A program made the position numbers and the translations under genes. This document shows, piece after piece, positions 26,031 to 35,560 of a DNA stretch of 64,000 bases. The stretch spans positions 192,559 through 256,558 of the IMG/VR virus record IMGVR_UViG_3300023175_000005. One strand, 5' to 3'. Position 1 is the stretch's first letter. Every line of letters begins with the position of its first letter. The notes under the pieces are model-generated. The model saw only the letters and a list, made by a program, of their open reading frames with translations. It did no database searches and was not told where the DNA came from.

Positions 26031-28710
26031 ATAGACTGTTAAATGTAGTGTGCTGTTTTGTATCTTCTAGTGGATAGTTTAGCACACCGATTAAATTGTC
26101 TAGTTTGTTGTCAATAATAGTTTCTGCCATTGCTGCATCATCAAATGGCAAGTCTTTAAACCATTCTGGGATACGCAATTCGTCTGTTGGATACGCAACA
26201 CTTGTATAACCTAGCGGATTCTGTTTTAATTTGCATACGATAACCTTCATACCATCTACAATTTCCTGCGAATACTTGTCGCCATTCATACGTTTAAGTG
26301 TATTCCAATTAATACTTGCTCTCACATGTCCGGGCATGTTTGCTTTGCCTTGCTTTTCTTCAAGACGCTGATAGTGTCCGATCTTGTTTGCACGTTTAGG
26401 AGCACCCTTTTCCCATCCTGGACGTTCTGAAAATTCTTTTCTAAATTCAGTAATACGATCAAGAATTTCTTTTTGAGTTTTTTCTTGAAGTACCATCATA
26501 AGAATTTCTTTCAAAAAATCTTGCATGTATACCGGAGTATCTGATCTACGCAAATCTAAGCCCATTGCTTTTACTTTGCCCGGCTTGCCATCTGTGTCGC
26601 TTCTAAAGCCTTCTACGTCATACACAAGTGCTGCGTAACGCTTCTTAGTAATATATAAGCCAGACTCTGCAACAATTTCTCTACCTGCTGCAATAACGTC
26701 TGAGCGGCTCTTAGGGCAATGGAATGCTTGCATCATAAAATCTGGAAACGTTGCATTTGCTGCTTCGCACACTTGATCATACAGTGTAATTACATTGTCT
26801 TTGCTCCAAGGAATATTACCCGCATCAATTTCTTTACGTAGTGTTGGATATGCACTAAAGTAACAAGAGTCAGTATCACCATATATCATTGCTTCGCCGA
26901 CATGATCATATTCACCTGTAATTACTTTGTTTACTTCTGCACTCATGTGCTTAACAATAGTACGACCAGTAAGGGTAGTTGATTGGCCAATACGTTTATC
27001 AAAGAATCTACAACCTGGATTCAAAATAGCACCGTACAAACTATTCAAGTTAATTTTTTTAACAAGTTGTCGTTTATCCCAGTATTCAATTTCTGCTTCG
27101 TTTTCTGCTTCTTTTGCTTTCTTAAGCATCTTTTGCATATCTTTGCGTTCTGCATACCAACGCTTTAGGATACCAGGAATAACGCCTTCAAACTCTGTAG
27201 TAAAAATAGTACCGTTTGAACTTAGCATCCAAGGCATGTTTGAATCAAAAACAAGTTTATGTATTTCAGCAGCACTTAATACATCTGAACGACCATCTTC
27301 CCAATCAACTGTTAGTGCAACATCTTTACGTTGATCCATGACTGCTTCATATTCTTCTGTACTAAAGCGACCTTCCCAACTACCTGCAAATGACTTTTTC
27401 TTTAGCCCCATATCTTCAGTAACACGAGCTTCACTTATTTCTGGACGTATTTGCCCTATGATAGTTTCTGGAGCCATGTTCAATGCACGAATCACACTTG
27501 GATACAGACTGTTTAAGTCCATTGAGCCAATCCATTTGTGTACACCTTTTTTAGGAAACGCAACATACGCACCTGCTGCCTGTGTGTTTTCGTCATCACG
27601 TTTTGGACGATTAGGAACACGTAGATCTCTGTTGTGTGCTTCGTTAATAATGCCTTGTTCTGTAACAGCAACCGCACCCATAGTTGTTTGCAGTAGCACA
27701 GTGTTTTCGTGTGCAACTGTGTTGCTTAGATCGATAAAACGTAATTTCTTATCTAGTTTGTCAAGTAGTGCAACGTCTTGTCTATTATATTCGATAAATG
27801 TTTCAAAGTCTTGATTATACAATTGATCAAGTGTACCTTCATAAACAGTTTTGTTTTCGCCTACTTCAATTTCACCAATTGCATCTAGTCGATAAGTGTG
27901 TCTTTCTTCATATGTGTACTTGCGATACAGTTCAAGACTGTCTAAATGCACACGACCTACAAAGTCATATGTTTCTGACGTTTTACCAAATTTTTCATAT
28001 TCACGCTTCTTGGGCATTTGCCCCCAAAGACAAAAGCGTCTGCAATCGTCATTACTTAATACACGTTTGATTCTATTTACAGTATAAGGAACATCATAGC
28101 CTTCTGAGTTCCAACCACTTTGTACATCTGCATCTTCAAGTAAATCCAAAAAAGTTAGCAACATCTGACGTTCGCCGTCACCGTCTTTGTCGTTAGTGAA
28201 AAGTATTACTTCGTCTCCCCAACGTTCTTTACACATAGCAACAGCATCTTCATGCTTCATACCTTTAGGCGGAACAGCAAGTGTAATTAGCGCACTGTCT
28301 AGCCACTGTAAACATACAGTGATAGCAGTGATCGGCATAAACGGATCTTCTACCGGAGCAAAGCCTCGCTCTGGATCAAAGTCAGTCTCAATATCCCAAA
28401 ATGCAATGTTTAGTTTAGGTGCGTCTTGGTTAAGATAGTTTTCACTGAGACATTGGAAGATTGGATTAATGTCGCTTTCAAACAAGTTCTTGCCTTTGTT
28501 AATAGCAACTTCTTTTCGAAAGTCTTTTGTGTTTTTACACACAATACGTGTAAGAGGATCTCCATAAACACTTTTGTATTTGCCTCTTTGATCTTCATAA
28601 TAAAATGTATATTTTGCTTGATATTCGTGGAAATGTCGCTTTCCATCTTTGCGTTCTACAACACGAATGATATCTTGATCACGGTCAAAGAATGCATCTA
28701 CATAACTCAT
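26014..28710 (-). CDS. family B DNA polymerase (gp43-like)
   Basis: Exonuclease motifs DIETD, WNSEGYD, YNRQD; polymerase motifs DLNSLYPS, K..LNSLYG, YGDTDS, KKRY. Confidence 0.97.
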   Translation of the reverse strand: MSYVDAFFDRDQDIIRVVERKDGKRHFHEYQAKYTFYYEDQRGKYKSVYGDPLTRIVCKNTKDFRKEVAINKGKNLFESDINPIFQCLSENYLNQDAPKLNIAFWDIETDFDPERGFAPVEDPFMPITAITVCLQWLDSALITLAVPPKGMKHEDAVAMCKERWGDEVILFTNDKDGDGERQMLLTFLDLLEDADVQSGWNSEGYDVPYTVNRIKRVLSNDDCRRFCLWGQMPKKREYEKFGKTSETYDFVGRVHLDSLELYRKYTYEERHTYRLDAIGEIEVGENKTVYEGTLDQLYNQDFETFIEYNRQDVALLDKLDKKLRFIDLSNTVAHENTVLLQTTMGAVAVTEQGIINEAHNRDLRVPNRPKRDDENTQAAGAYVAFPKKGVHKWIGSMDLNSLYPSVIRALNMAPETIIGQIRPEISEARVTEDMGLKKKSFAGSWEGRFSTEEYEAVMDQRKDVALTVDWEDGRSDVLSAAEIHKLVFDSNMPWMLSSNGTIFTTEFEGVIPGILKRWYAERKDMQKMLKKAKEAENEAEIEYWDKRQLVKKINLNSLYGAILNPGCRFFDKRIGQSTTLTGRTIVKHMSAEVNKVITGEYDHVGEAMIYGDTDSCYFSAYPTLRKEIDAGNIPWSKDNVITLYDQVCEAANATFPDFMMQAFHCPKSRSDVIAAGREIVAESGLYITKKRYAALVYDVEGFRSDTDGKPGKVKAMGLDLRRSDTPVYMQDFLKEILMMVLQEKTQKEILDRITEFRKEFSERPGWEKGAPKRANKIGHYQRLEEKQGKANMPGHVRASINWNTLKRMNGDKYSQEIVDGMKVIVCKLKQNPLGYTSVAYPTDELRIPEWFKDLPFDDAAMAETIIDNKLDNLIGVLNYPLEDTKQHTTFNSLFEFGV

Positions 28711-28714
28711 TTAT

Positions 28715-28766
28715 TCTCCTTCGTTGTTTCTGGCCAACGGACCTTCTACATGCTCGTAATGTGAGC
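28715..28766 (-). promoter_or_regulatory. putative translational operator of the polymerase gene
   Basis: CGTTG-GCCAGAAA-CAACG (5-bp stem, 8-nt loop) directly 5' of AAGGAG; second hairpin GCTC-N7-GAGC upstream. Confidence 0.55.
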
Positions 28767-28782
28767 GACTCATTATTATATA

Positions 28783-29064
28783 TTACAGCAAGAATAATTG
28801 CACCATTGCTATTGAGTTCATTACAACGAACCATGCACATAATACTATTGCAAATGCTGCTTTACGAATTACAGTGCTAATAACTCCAAGTATACTTCCG
28901 ATTAAATACATCGGAATAAAAATCTCTGTTGCTGGATCTAACACTGTAAATGTAAGTACAGCACTTGCAGAAATTAAAATTAATGTTTCTGCCATTTCGC
29001 AATAAAATGCTAGTGGAGAAAGTCTATAACTTTCTTTACAGAAATCAATTATAGATTTAATCAT
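28783..29064 (-). CDS. small membrane protein
   Basis: Three hydrophobic helices. Confidence 0.7.
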   Translation of the reverse strand: MIKSIIDFCKESYRLSPLAFYCEMAETLILISASAVLTFTVLDPATEIFIPMYLIGSILGVISTVIRKAAFAIVLCAWFVVMNSIAMVQLFLL

Positions 29065-29321
29065 TTATCTTTACCAACAGTAACAACAAGTGTTTCGAGA
29101 TCTTCAAACTCGTCTTGGTGTTTATCCCAATCTCCTTTTTGTGCAACTTTAATTGCCTTGTTGATTAAACTTGGCTTAATGTTAAGTTCTTCTGCTACTG
29201 CTTTTACTGTGTCTTTTAAACCTGCTTGTAAGTCTTCAATTTCTTGAAGCACAGTCACACCTTCATTAACTAGGCGTTCTAGTTTTTGCTTTTCTTCAGA
29301 ACCATATACTCGATCACTCAT
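29061..29321 (-). CDS. T4 DsbA-like double-stranded DNA-binding protein
   Basis: Size and helical pattern (L..LV.EG...L.EI......KD....VAEEL.IKP..INK.I). Confidence 0.55.
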   Translation of the reverse strand: MSDRVYGSEEKQKLERLVNEGVTVLQEIEDLQAGLKDTVKAVAEELNIKPSLINKAIKVAQKGDWDKHQDEFEDLETLVVTVGKDK

Positions 29322-29341
29322 AAGACTTCTCCTTTATTTGT

Positions 29342-29369
29342 ATTATACAGTTTATAAGGAAAAAGTCAA
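29342..29369 (-). promoter_or_regulatory. sigma70-like promoter
   Basis: TTGACT-N16-TATAAT with TG upstream of the -10. Confidence 0.6.
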
Positions 29370-29376
29370 GAGGTAA

Positions 29377-29595
29377 TTACCACTTTAATGATGTTCTTTT
29401 TTTGTAATCTTGTTGAGCACGGATGGCATTTATACATCGAAGGATTCTATTTTTCTTTTCACCAGGACGATGATAGTTATTTTTTTGTTCCCAAGTTTTG
29501 TCTCTTTCGAGTTCTTTGGCAAATTGCTCGCCTAATAGTTTTTCTAAATACGTCAAGTCGTCGTTACTAAGTTCTTGTATCTTCTTTGAAACCAT
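29377..29595 (-). CDS. hypothetical protein
   Basis: C-terminal part of track ORF 29377-29775, starting at MVSKK to avoid a long overlap. Confidence 0.6.
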   Translation of the reverse strand: MVSKKIQELSNDDLTYLEKLLGEQFAKELERDKTWEQKNNYHRPGEKKNRILRCINAIRAQQDYKKRTSLKW

Positions 29596-29785
29596 TTTGT
29601 CTGTCTTTCCATGCTTGTTCAAACTGTTCACTGTAGTCATACAAAGGAGCGCCATCGGCACCATCATACCAAAGGCGTTTGAAATAACCTTCAGCACTTT
29701 GTACAACTGTTTCAGGGGATGCGTCAAGATGACCCTTGACCATGTAAAATAATCTGTATTCTTCTTTGAGATCATTTCTTAACAT
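29567..29785 (-). CDS. hypothetical protein
   Basis: 72 aa; ATG 4 nt after GTAAATA. Confidence 0.7.
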   Translation of the reverse strand: MLRNDLKEEYRLFYMVKGHLDASPETVVQSAEGYFKRLWYDGADGAPLYDYSEQFEQAWKDRQNGFKEDTRT

Positions 29786-29816
29786 ACTGTATTTACATAT
29801 TTGTTACAATAGAGCG

Positions 29817-30683
29817 CTAACATAGTATTTTATTCAATCTGTTTTGTTGTATATGTTTAATTTCATTTTCCGGCATTCTAGCAATGACATCCAAATAAAA
29901 TTGCGGAACAAGTGATTTATTTTTAATAATGTTATATACTAAATTTTTATTGTAGTCAATCTCTTTTTGATCAATTTCTTTAGGAAAATTTTCAATACTT
30001 TCTATAAAAAGATCAACCCTGTTGTCAACATCTTCGTCATATCTATAATCTACTCCAGTGTATGGTTTGAATCCTAGAGATTGTAAAAATTTATTGAATC
30101 CTGGTGCAGCAAATGTAATGAAAGGTTTGCTACAAAGTAAAGGTCTAACGGTCTTTTCTGTAATAAAAATTCTCTCTACAGATGTTTCTAATACAACATC
30201 AAATCTTGATCTTAAATATTGCATAGGTAAACTATATTGCTTATCGATATCTGTCCATCCTTTATGAAAAGTTAGAAATGCATTATTATGCAAATTTTTA
30301 CTTTTTATTTTGTCTATAATTTCGATTCTATGTGGCCTTGCTATATTATTCATGCAAGCAAAATTATATTTTATTGGTTGTTTAGAAATTCTATCTACCA
30401 ATCGATAGGCTGTGTAATTAAACCAATATGTTGGCCAATAGTATATATTCATATTTTTTATAGGATATAATTTTGTATAATCGTACCCAGGTGCAGATCC
30501 TAATACAATATATACTTCTATGTTATTATCATTAATTATTTGGCAACAGTTTTTATATTCTAACCAACATTGATCCTCATGTTGGGCAAATATTACAATA
30601 TGCTTTGGCAACTTTTTATTGTTAAGTAGGTATACAATCCTATCAATATCAAAGTCGTGCCAAACATCAAAAAACCATGTCAA
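29817..30683 (-). CDS. putative glycosyltransferase-like protein (paralogue of 6713-7624)
   Basis: N...RPHR; VVLETS...FITEKT.RPL...KPF...L.SLGFK.Y...YD. Confidence 0.5.
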   Translation of the reverse strand: MTWFFDVWHDFDIDRIVYLLNNKKLPKHIVIFAQHEDQCWLEYKNCCQIINDNNIEVYIVLGSAPGYDYTKLYPIKNMNIYYWPTYWFNYTAYRLVDRISKQPIKYNFACMNNIARPHRIEIIDKIKSKNLHNNAFLTFHKGWTDIDKQYSLPMQYLRSRFDVVLETSVERIFITEKTVRPLLCSKPFITFAAPGFNKFLQSLGFKPYTGVDYRYDEDVDNRVDLFIESIENFPKEIDQKEIDYNKNLVYNIIKNKSLVPQFYLDVIARMPENEIKHIQQNRLNKILC

Positions 30684-31836
30684 TACAAGTACCTCTGAAT
30701 TTATCTAAATGTTTTTGGTAACTCATGCCTTGTTCAAAGTGTTTTATATTACGTTCTCGAGTAACTGCCGGTAAGCTTCTTTTAAGATCTTTATACACAT
30801 CGCATAAGTCTATATAAATTTGTTTATGATCATCAGGTGCATGACACGGTGCAAATTCTTTAGGACTGTTCACAGGATAAACTTCCCATCTTTCAAAATT
30901 ATTTGACATAATCCATTCACCTAGTGATTCCATATGTTTTACGTTAATCCAACTTACAGTTGTACAGACATCACTTGTACCAATTTGTTGTGCTTTTGCA
31001 ATGTTTTTTATAATTTTATCCCAATTGCTAGGATACCTAATATATTCATTTATTTCTTTATAACCGTCAATGCTAAAATGCCACTCCACATCAAATTTTT
31101 CTAAAATTGAAAGTAGTTTAGTGGGTAAATTGTTTCCGTTTGTAGTTATACGTAAACTAGGTTTGCTATCATATACTAAAAGATATTCGCAAAACTTTTG
31201 AAGGTAATTGTTTACAGTTGGTTCTCCACCTGTGAAACGTATTTCATCTCTATCGTGTAAAAATTCAGCAAGTTTTTGTAAATTGTTTTCGTCTTCATAC
31301 CATACATCAAACGAATACTTGTGTCTTTGTATTAGTTTATGTTGTATACCTTGGCTATCTAGTTTTGTAAGTTCTGCATCTATAAGACTGCTGTTCACAG
31401 GACCGCACATTGAACACGAAAGATTACATTTGTTTCCAAATTTTATTTCAGCGTCTTTACGATTGTTTCTATACTTTCTTTCGCTTTGCAATCGTAAACT
31501 TTCAAAGCCGTAAGATTCTTCTTCTTTACAATCTCTACATCCTTCGGGAAATATTCCATTATCAAGATCTTTCTTAACACTTGCTAAAAAGTCACTGTCT
31601 TTGTATTTTTCAATATCTGAAACTTTTACAAGATCTTTTCTGTCGCGGTCGTCCCAATTACAGCAAGGGCGTAAATTACCCAAAGTATCCATGCTGATGT
31701 GATTATCTAGCCATTTACACTTCTTCGGAGAGTTCGAAGAGTTTGTCAATTTCTCTGACTTTTCCACAGGATTTTCCGCACTGGACCCAGCATTGACTGA
31801 TTGATTTTGATTGCCAACTGTCTGAATAAACTGCAA
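30667..31836 (-). CDS. radical SAM protein with N-terminal SPASM/twitch-like domain (probable TTG start near 31750)
   Basis: CNLSCSMC and GGEP; C.W...RPCC...CRDC. Confidence 0.85.
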   Translation of the reverse strand: MQFIQTVGNQNQSVNAGSSAENPVEKSEKLTNSSNSPKKCKWLDNHISMDTLGNLRPCCNWDDRDRKDLVKVSDIEKYKDSDFLASVKKDLDNGIFPEGCRDCKEEESYGFESLRLQSERKYRNNRKDAEIKFGNKCNLSCSMCGPVNSSLIDAELTKLDSQGIQHKLIQRHKYSFDVWYEDENNLQKLAEFLHDRDEIRFTGGEPTVNNYLQKFCEYLLVYDSKPSLRITTNGNNLPTKLLSILEKFDVEWHFSIDGYKEINEYIRYPSNWDKIIKNIAKAQQIGTSDVCTTVSWINVKHMESLGEWIMSNNFERWEVYPVNSPKEFAPCHAPDDHKQIYIDLCDVYKDLKRSLPAVTRERNIKHFEQGMSYQKHLDKFRGTCIDMVF

Positions 31837-32836
31837 GTACGCCTCCGTCTATAATTTGATCAAGTCTATGATGATGTAAATTGTTAGCATCACCTAGTGC
31901 TTTTTGTAGTGTTTGCATTTCTCTTGCTTCAGGAACATATCTAGGACCTTGCATTTTATTTCCTATAAAGCAACAAGGATGAACTCTTCCCAATGCATCT
32001 ATATATAGTTCAACCATTGGTTCTTCATGGTATGGATATGGCAAAGTTCTAAAACTATTACAGGCAATAACGCCTTCTTCTTTAACAGGTTCTGGCAAAT
32101 CTGCTTCCCAACCTAATGGAGCAGGTGTATAATGGTCATGTCCGTAATCAGTAGCATGTTCTAACACATATTCTAAGTTATAGTCTTTGTCGTATGCAGG
32201 CATACCTGTTCCATCTACACCAAATGGATTTTTTAACACAAAATTGATACCATTTTCTTCTGCAATTTTTCTACTGAGTTCAACTTGATGTTTGTTGTGT
32301 TTAAATTGTAAAAAGTCCCAATCAGTATGCGCACCTGTATATGCATAGGCAATCATGTTATTCCATGCTTTATCCCAAATAACATTTCTTCTGTATATAT
32401 GGTTAGTATCTTCTAAGCCGTCTATACTAAATGTAATTTTACGCATTGGTTTTGGATCTAAACCATTTGTTGTTTCTATAAACAGTTCTCCTATTGCACG
32501 GAAATGATCCGGAGTACGCAAACCACCATTTGTGTTAATTTGTATAGTTGCTATACTGTTAGAGCATATATAATCTAATATATCATATATGTCATTACAG
32601 GCCAATGGATCTCCATGTGTTCCGCAAAATATCCAACTTTTAGATTTTTGTACAAGATCTAGTGGAAACCATCTTTTAAACAAATCAATTGTAATATCAG
32701 TCTGCACAACTTCCGGATCGACATTAGTGCTATTACGTAAGAATCTTGGACAGCCTGGACACGCTGCGTTACAACGTGTACTTAATTCTACGTGGAAAGC
32801 ATTTAAATCGTTATAATTCCATGCATTATACTTCAT
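31715..32836 (-). CDS. radical SAM protein with C-terminal SPASM/twitch-like domain
   Basis: CNAACPGC, GDP, NTNGG, FSIDG; C-terminal C...PCC...C..QC. Confidence 0.88.
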   Translation of the reverse strand: MKYNAWNYNDLNAFHVELSTRCNAACPGCPRFLRNSTNVDPEVVQTDITIDLFKRWFPLDLVQKSKSWIFCGTHGDPLACNDIYDILDYICSNSIATIQINTNGGLRTPDHFRAIGELFIETTNGLDPKPMRKITFSIDGLEDTNHIYRRNVIWDKAWNNMIAYAYTGAHTDWDFLQFKHNKHQVELSRKIAEENGINFVLKNPFGVDGTGMPAYDKDYNLEYVLEHATDYGHDHYTPAPLGWEADLPEPVKEEGVIACNSFRTLPYPYHEEPMVELYIDALGRVHPCCFIGNKMQGPRYVPEAREMQTLQKALGDANNLHHHRLDQIIDGGVLAVYSDSWQSKSISQCWVQCGKSCGKVREIDKLFELSEEV

Positions 32837-32840
32837 ATAG

Positions 32841-32848
32841 TATTTATC
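32841..32848 (-). promoter_or_regulatory. late promoter (GATAAATA), 4 nt before ATG
   Basis: GATAAATA-CTAT-ATG. Confidence 0.65.
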
Positions 32849-32862
32849 ATAAAGTGCGTATA

Positions 32863-33297
32863 TTATGAAAACGCTAAATGACTATCTAAAGTAATGTGTT
32901 CAAAGCCTTGTAGTTCTTGTTTATAGGAATACAAATCTCCCAGTATCAAATAATTTAATCCTTGATCTCGAAAATAAGCACATTCGCTACGCAAGGATCT
33001 GTATCCTAATTTTAATTTTGGTGTTTTATAATTCCATGCAAATTGATCGGCATGTGCTGTGCTCTTACTAGGATAAACCATATAGCAACTCCATGCTGCT
33101 AGTTCATCATTATCGTAATAACCAAAAACTGTACTCCTATCCCAGTCTTCTTTGAATATAGGATAAATTGTATCAAATTTTTTATATATTATATATTGTT
33201 TGTAAATTTGTTCACATTCTGCAAAGTGTGAACTGTCTAGTAGTTTAAAATCAATTGTTTTGTATTTTGTATTTTGTAAATCTATTCTACTTGTCAT
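32863..33297 (-). CDS. ATE_C-like (aminoacyl-tRNA-protein transferase C-terminal/GNAT-like) protein
   Basis: GYYD..EL.A.S ... FAWNY..PKL.LG..SL..EC.Y....G..YL.LG matches the ATE/Bpt C-domain pattern. Confidence 0.6.
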   Translation of the reverse strand: MTSRIDLQNTKYKTIDFKLLDSSHFAECEQIYKQYIIYKKFDTIYPIFKEDWDRSTVFGYYDNDELAAWSCYMVYPSKSTAHADQFAWNYKTPKLKLGYRSLRSECAYFRDQGLNYLILGDLYSYKQELQGFEHITLDSHLAFS

Positions 33298-33809
33298 TCA
33301 CCCACAACTTCGTTATAATAACCTTGGTCCCAATTCACGTAATAGTTTTGTTTACGTAAAGACTTTCGTGCAAGTTCAAGTTTATCTTTTTGCTGCAAGA
33401 AACTTACAGCGTATTTACCGTTATTAAGAACTGTATTTTGTACCTGTTCTTTTTCATTTGGATGATCTTCTAAAGCAATAAATCCTCTATTGTGTAGGAA
33501 TTGGTCGTTTGCATGACCAACTGCACGTGATAGTTCTTCTGATGAAATTAAAGTAGGGTCACAACCTAATATAACAACTTCTGTATTTTTAGGCCAATGA
33601 TAAGAAAAATTTTCAAGTTCTGCTATAAAATAAGAACTCATACTTATATTATAAATATCTTTTAATTCTACACACTTAATCTTGTCTTCTAGCATTGCTT
33701 GTTTAGCAAACGGACAAGGAGGAAGGTTATTAAATGTTTTAGAAGGTATGCTGAGAAAAGTTTCTATCCAGTTTTGTATATGTTGTTCAAACATAACATT
33801 ACTTTGCAC
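33294..33809 (-). CDS. hypothetical protein (DUF1415-like CPFA motif)
   Basis: W.E.F...N.PPCPFA; DHP; ATGA-coupled to the ATE-like gene. Confidence 0.55.
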   Translation of the reverse strand: MQSNVMFEQHIQNWIETFLSIPSKTFNNLPPCPFAKQAMLEDKIKCVELKDIYNISMSSYFIAELENFSYHWPKNTEVVILGCDPTLISSEELSRAVGHANDQFLHNRGFIALEDHPNEKEQVQNTVLNNGKYAVSFLQQKDKLELARKSLRKQNYYVNWDQGYYNEVVGE

Positions 33810-33984
33810 CTTTAGTCATTGACTTTTTGCGGATAGTGGCATAGTAAACATTTTCCCAATCTTTACCATACTGTTTTTTCATATTCTTTTTCATATCACC
33901 GTCGTCATACTTTTTCTTAAGTTTTGTTTCCTTAGACTTTTCAGCCCCGGTCATTTTACGTTCAGTGAATTCGTGAATACGCAT
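33799..33984 (-). CDS. small basic protein, putative internal head protein
   Basis: MRIHEFTE N-terminus; Lys-rich. Confidence 0.6.
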   Translation of the reverse strand: MRIHEFTERKMTGAEKSKETKLKKKYDDGDMKKNMKKQYGKDWENVYYATIRKKSMTKGAK

Positions 33985-33986
33985 TA

Positions 33987-34883
33987 TTAATCACATTTAC
34001 ATGAGCCTGGTTCACCGCGTGGTACGCCTGCTACTTTACGACAACCTTTCCAGCATTTATCATAAATTTTACTGTTGCCGTGACGCTTACCTTCTGGCAG
34101 ATTTGCTAGTTCTTTTTTCTCTTGAGCAGTAAGCATTGTCTTGCCACATTCGTTACAAGTTTGTTCTTTCATTTTTTCAGCAAGCGTTGTTTTATAATCA
34201 GCTTTTGCTGCTTCGTCCATATTGCCTTTGAATGTTTTCTTTGACTCTCCCATCATATCATAATCTAGTGTATGATATACTGAGCCCATATAGTCTGCTG
34301 CTTTTGTGATTTTGCTTTGCATCCAACCTTCGATGCCCTCTGCCTCTGAAACACCTTTTAGCATTTCGTGTAGTTTAATTGCATACTTTGCAATTTTATA
34401 AAGTTCTGCACGAGCCATTTGTACTTCGTGATCACGTTCTGCAACACCTGCCATATCAGCCAAACCTTCTGTAACTGCATTGCAATTACAGTGTTTGCAT
34501 GTTGGAGGACATGTGCAGTCTTCTGCTTTTACGTCTGAACCGCAGCATTTATCTGAACAATGTGTATCTTTTGCTTCAATCATGCCTTCGCTAGTACCAC
34601 CTTTAGCAAGAGCAACTAATTCTTTAAAACGATCTACAGTAAACTCACCTTGATCACGCATTGTTGTATATTCACTCATCGCATCTAGCAACTCTCTTGC
34701 GGTTGATACTTGCTGATTAGCAATTAGTGATCCCATATGATCTAATTGATTAAAATCAACATCATTCATAGGTGCGTTCTTGACGTTTTGAATACGTCTG
34801 CGAATCATTGGAAGCAGTGTCTTTGTCATTTGAGCGAACTGCATCTGTGCTTTGTTTTTTGCTGCTTTATTCATTGTAGGCAT
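33987..34883 (-). CDS. putative internal head (poly)protein with Cys-rich module
   Basis: Modules separated by hydrophobic-x-E sites; HCSDKCCG..CTCPPTCKHCNC; KCWKGC..PGSC. Confidence 0.65.
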   Translation of the reverse strand: MPTMNKAAKNKAQMQFAQMTKTLLPMIRRRIQNVKNAPMNDVDFNQLDHMGSLIANQQVSTARELLDAMSEYTTMRDQGEFTVDRFKELVALAKGGTSEGMIEAKDTHCSDKCCGSDVKAEDCTCPPTCKHCNCNAVTEGLADMAGVAERDHEVQMARAELYKIAKYAIKLHEMLKGVSEAEGIEGWMQSKITKAADYMGSVYHTLDYDMMGESKKTFKGNMDEAAKADYKTTLAEKMKEQTCNECGKTMLTAQEKKELANLPEGKRHGNSKIYDKCWKGCRKVAGVPRGEPGSCKCD

Positions 34884-34910
34884 CGGTGGCTCCGTTTTCT
34901 CTTGTTGTAG

Positions 34911-34918
34911 TATTTATC
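34911..34918 (-). promoter_or_regulatory. late promoter (GATAAATA)
   Basis: Motif overlapping the upstream stop codon. Confidence 0.65.
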
Positions 34919-35102
34919 GTTTCAGCAGTGATCCGCCAAATAATGATACACCTTTCATATCCAATGCATTATCAGTTGGCTTTTGTTTTTTAGGTTTTCT
35001 TTTAGATTTTGCAACAGTTGGATTTACCACTGTTGATACACTTGATGTTCCCATTCCTGTTGCAACTTCATTTACTATAACATCTTTTATCTTCATTGTC
35101 AA
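34914..35102 (-). CDS. small basic protein, putative internal head protein
   Basis: MKIKDVIVNE N-terminus. Confidence 0.65.
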   Translation of the reverse strand: MTMKIKDVIVNEVATGMGTSSVSTVVNPTVAKSKRKPKKQKPTDNALDMKGVSLFGGSLLKR

Positions 35103-35368
35103 GTCCCTCCTACTAACTTTCCTCTTAAAGGATGTTTTGTTGTAGGACCTTTACCCGGCTTTGATTTCTTAGGCATTGGATCTTTGCCTTTAGCATGATC
35201 AGCATGTTTATATTCTTCATATGCCTTGCCTTTATGCTTTTCTTTCCGAGGTAGTACTTTCTTTTTATCTTTGTGAGCACCTGCTGCACCACTTTTGCGA
35301 ATATCCTGCATAGTTTTACTGCTAGGATCTCTCTGTTTCACTGCTTCTAAAATATCTTGCATCTTCAT
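35099..35368 (-). CDS. small Lys-rich protein, putative internal head protein
   Basis: MKMQDILEA N-terminus. Confidence 0.7.
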   Translation of the reverse strand: MKMQDILEAVKQRDPSSKTMQDIRKSGAAGAHKDKKKVLPRKEKHKGKAYEEYKHADHAKGKDPMPKKSKPGKGPTTKHPLRGKLVGGT

Positions 35369-35553
35369 TTGGCTCTCCTGAGGTCTGTAATGCCTGCGTT
35401 TTTACCGTATTGAGCATAAATGATGTTACGTGCTTCTCTGTTATTTCTTGCGCTAACTTGGACAGGTATCCATTGTGTGTATGTACGCTGGCGCACTCGG
35501 ACATTTGCTATCCAAACAGAAAATTGACTCTTTTTGACTTCTCTTATTAGCAT
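35365..35553 (-). CDS. hypothetical protein
   Basis: MLIREV N-terminus; ATG 4 nt after GATAAATA (35558-35565). Confidence 0.65.
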   Translation of the reverse strand: MLIREVKKSQFSVWIANVRVRQRTYTQWIPVQVSARNNREARNIIYAQYGKNAGITDLRRAK

Positions 35554-35560
35554 AATGTAT

